A program made the position numbers and the translations under genes. Positions 61,423-64,000 of a DNA stretch of 64,000 nucleotides are shown piece by piece. A model generated the notes under the pieces. That model was not told the origin of the DNA. It did no database searches and saw only the letters and a list, made by a program, of their open reading frames with translations. Source of the DNA: Octopus bimaculoides (Eukaryota); assembly GCF_001194135.2 (NCBI RefSeq), contig NC_068981.1:131841338-131905337 (forward strand), given 5' to 3'. Position 1 is the first letter of the stretch. Each line of letters starts with the position of its first letter.

Positions 61423-62339
61423 ATCATGCTAATCTTGAATTTTGGAATAATGTTTTGAAATTTTCAAATATTTTGGAATAAATGGCTGTAAACATTGTTG
61501 TTAAGAGGATTTCATCTATATTTCTCAAAACATTGCTGTCAACAGTATTCCCCATCTGTATTCTGTACCTTTTACTATTTTTGTACTGTTTCTAACCAAA
61601 ACAACCTGCAGTTGAGTTCACACATCACATAAGTTTATATAAAGTTATACACTATCAAAAATATAGTTTGGATAAATTCCATTCCTACTCAAAGTAGCAT
61701 ATGTATACATAATATATATCTATATCTATATCTATACCTACCTACCTACCTACATGCCTGCCCTGCCTACCTGCTGTATCTGTCTGTCTGTCTGAATACT
61801 GTATATAAAAGATAACTGTTCATCTAAGACATAGTTACCAAAATAGATGTGAGAATTTTTAATTTTTTTATTTCTTAAATTATCTTACACCCTTTTTTCT
61901 ATGCATGTCATGTAAAAAGCACTTGGTACACTCAATAAAGTGGTTGTTGTTAAGAAGGGCATCCAGCTGTAGTAACCATGCCAGACAATAGAGCTTTGTG
62001 CAGTCTTCTGACTTGCCAGCTCCTGTCAAACTGTCTAACCCATACCAGCATGGAAAAGAGACATCAAATGATGATGATGTGTTAGCAGATTATTTTCTTT
62101 ATCTAGGAAATTTGGATACTTCTGTATTTTCAGAACAACAGTATTAACAGCTAAGTGACTGCATCACTCATCAATGGAATAAGTGTGGAAACATTCAATT
62201 AACAGAAGTTAGTGACTGTGACAAGGATTGATATCATGACCTTGTGATTAGTAACTTGTTCTTCAACTTCATATCAGAAAGTGAATAGACAATAATGATT
62301 TCTTTTAAGTAGCCATGGTGCTAGTTTTGCACCATCAAT

Positions 62340-64000
62340 TAAGTAGATTTTATTAGCAAACATCTAGCCCACCTTTATAGTATCAACAATGACATGTCAC
62401 TATTTTGATCACAAAATAGTGACGTGTAGGCTGCATATAGATAAGGTTCACAGACAGGGATCTGGTTACTGGAAGTTGAACAAGTCCCTATTAGATTGCG
62501 AAACTTACCGTAGCCAGATTAAGGTGTTAGTAATGAGGGCACTAACTGGCTCTGTGATTAATAACCAGTGGTGGAGTGCCCTCAAAAGAGTCATTCGACT
62601 TGAGTCGATTAGATTTAGCAAGCAGTTAAGTCTAGAGCAGACTAGAGTAGAAAAGGAGTTAGTTAAGGCATTAGAAGAGGCGCTGAGGTTGGGCTCTGCA
62701 CACCAAGTGTTGGCGGCAAGATTGGCCCTGGACCGACACCTCAATGCCATACATGAAGGATGCAGAGTCCGGGCTAAAATATGTGCACTGGGACGTGAGG
62801 GTATCAACGTTGCTGGGTAGGTTTGCTAGGAAGAAACCCGACATGGCGTGGAGGCCACGATAAGGTCTGTGGTAGACGAGCACCGACAGGAGATCCAAGG
62901 ACAAGAAAAGATGTGTAAGGCCTTTCGTGAGCACTTTGCTACGTTGTTCAAGAGAATCGAAATGCTGGACCATGGGGATGCTCTCCGGCATTTACTGACC
63001 AGTGGCCGACGTCTTTCAGTGCTTGATGCTGAGCAGTGAAGGGCTGATCACAGCCGAGGAGATTATAGAGGTGCTTTCTGAGTGCCCCGGGGACAAGTCA
63101 CTGGGATTGGATGGTCTACCTTATGAATTTTATAAAAGTATGCCAGACTTGTTTTGTAACATACTGTCCAGTGTATACAGGAATTGGCAGCAGAATAGGA
63201 GAATTCCCAAATCTGTGAGCTGAGGAGGAGTGACACTGATCAGGAAGGACCCGATCAAGGGGGATAACATTAATAATTTTCGGCCCACAATTCTGCTAAA
63301 CACAGAGTTAAATATTTTGGCCAAGAGAGTGAGGATTGTCATGGGTGACTTGGTAGAAGAGGCACAGACATGTGCCATCCCAAGAAGGACGATACATGAC
63401 AACCTTCATCTTATTCGCTACACCATAGAGGGGGTTGGTAGAGTTCCTGGCAAAGGTGGAGCACTGGTGAATTTAGACCAGTCTAAGGCATTTGATAGGG
63501 TCGACCATTGGTATCTGGCGGCAGTCGGATTGGGCCCGACTTTCCAAAGCTGGATTGAAGTTATGTATTGCAATATCAAATCTATCATCCGGTTGAATGG
63601 ATTCTTCTTGAACCTTTTTGCGATTGAGCGTTCGGTTCGCCAGGGCTGCCCCTTGTCCCCGCTGCTGTACGTATTGGCTCTTGAGCCACTGCTGCAGAGG
63701 TTGGGGACTATGGAGACAGACCAGCATGATCTGTATTACGGTAGAAGTGTGATGGCATATGCGGATGATGTTACCATCATCATGTCTGATGTTACCATCA
63801 TCATGTCTGATGTTACCATCATCATGTCTGATGAAGGGCAGCTACCTCGTGTTGAAGATGCCATCAAAGGATACAAAGCAGTGGCAGGGGCAAAAATTAA
63901 CCAGGAGAAATCAATCGGCTTGCAACTCGGTGCCTCCCAACATCGTCATTGGATGCTGGATGGAGGGCCCGGCTAAATTGCTCGGAATCTGGTTTGGACC
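62340..64000 (+). mobile_element. Tx1/L1-clade LINE ORF2 (end of endonuclease plus RT), disrupted, runs off the window end
   Basis: DHKIV, GSGYWKLNKSLL, KSLGLDGLPYEFYK, NFRP.ILLNTE, DQSKAFDRVDH, VRQGCPLSPLLYVLALEPLL, AYADDV; in-frame stops near 62818, 63037 and 63221. Confidence 0.9.

Overview
AT-rich, repeat-dense, intron-rich eukaryotic DNA with six assembly gaps. The SINE/RTE repeat families are ones I recognise from Octopus, so the organism is an inference. Three spliced genes were reconstructed by hand from GT-AG boundaries and reading-frame phase. (1) The 3' end of a CENP-T-like histone-fold gene (+, exons 2496-12409). (2) A complete RBFA gene for mitochondrial ribosome-binding factor A (-, 5 coding exons, 29639->15663, 322 aa). 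(3) A complete TCF25/Rqc1 gene (+, 16 coding exons, 30141-61255, 666 aa), head-to-head with RBFA with 501 bp between the start codons. Introns hold tRNA-derived SINEs, decayed RTE, CR1, Tx1/L1, Hero-like and Penelope-like retroelement fragments, three mariner copies (one full-length with both TIRs), TTAA-flanked piggyBac-type MITEs and Helitron-like pieces. The most notable non-gene signal is a set of hammerhead-ribozyme motifs in TCF25 introns. One is a fully canonical minimal type I hammerhead in a tandem/inverted Penelope/retrozyme-like repeat (38534-38592, -). Another is a fold-back element with a hammerhead-like core on each strand (50078-50282). No database search or folding program was run; homology calls rest on recalled family motifs.
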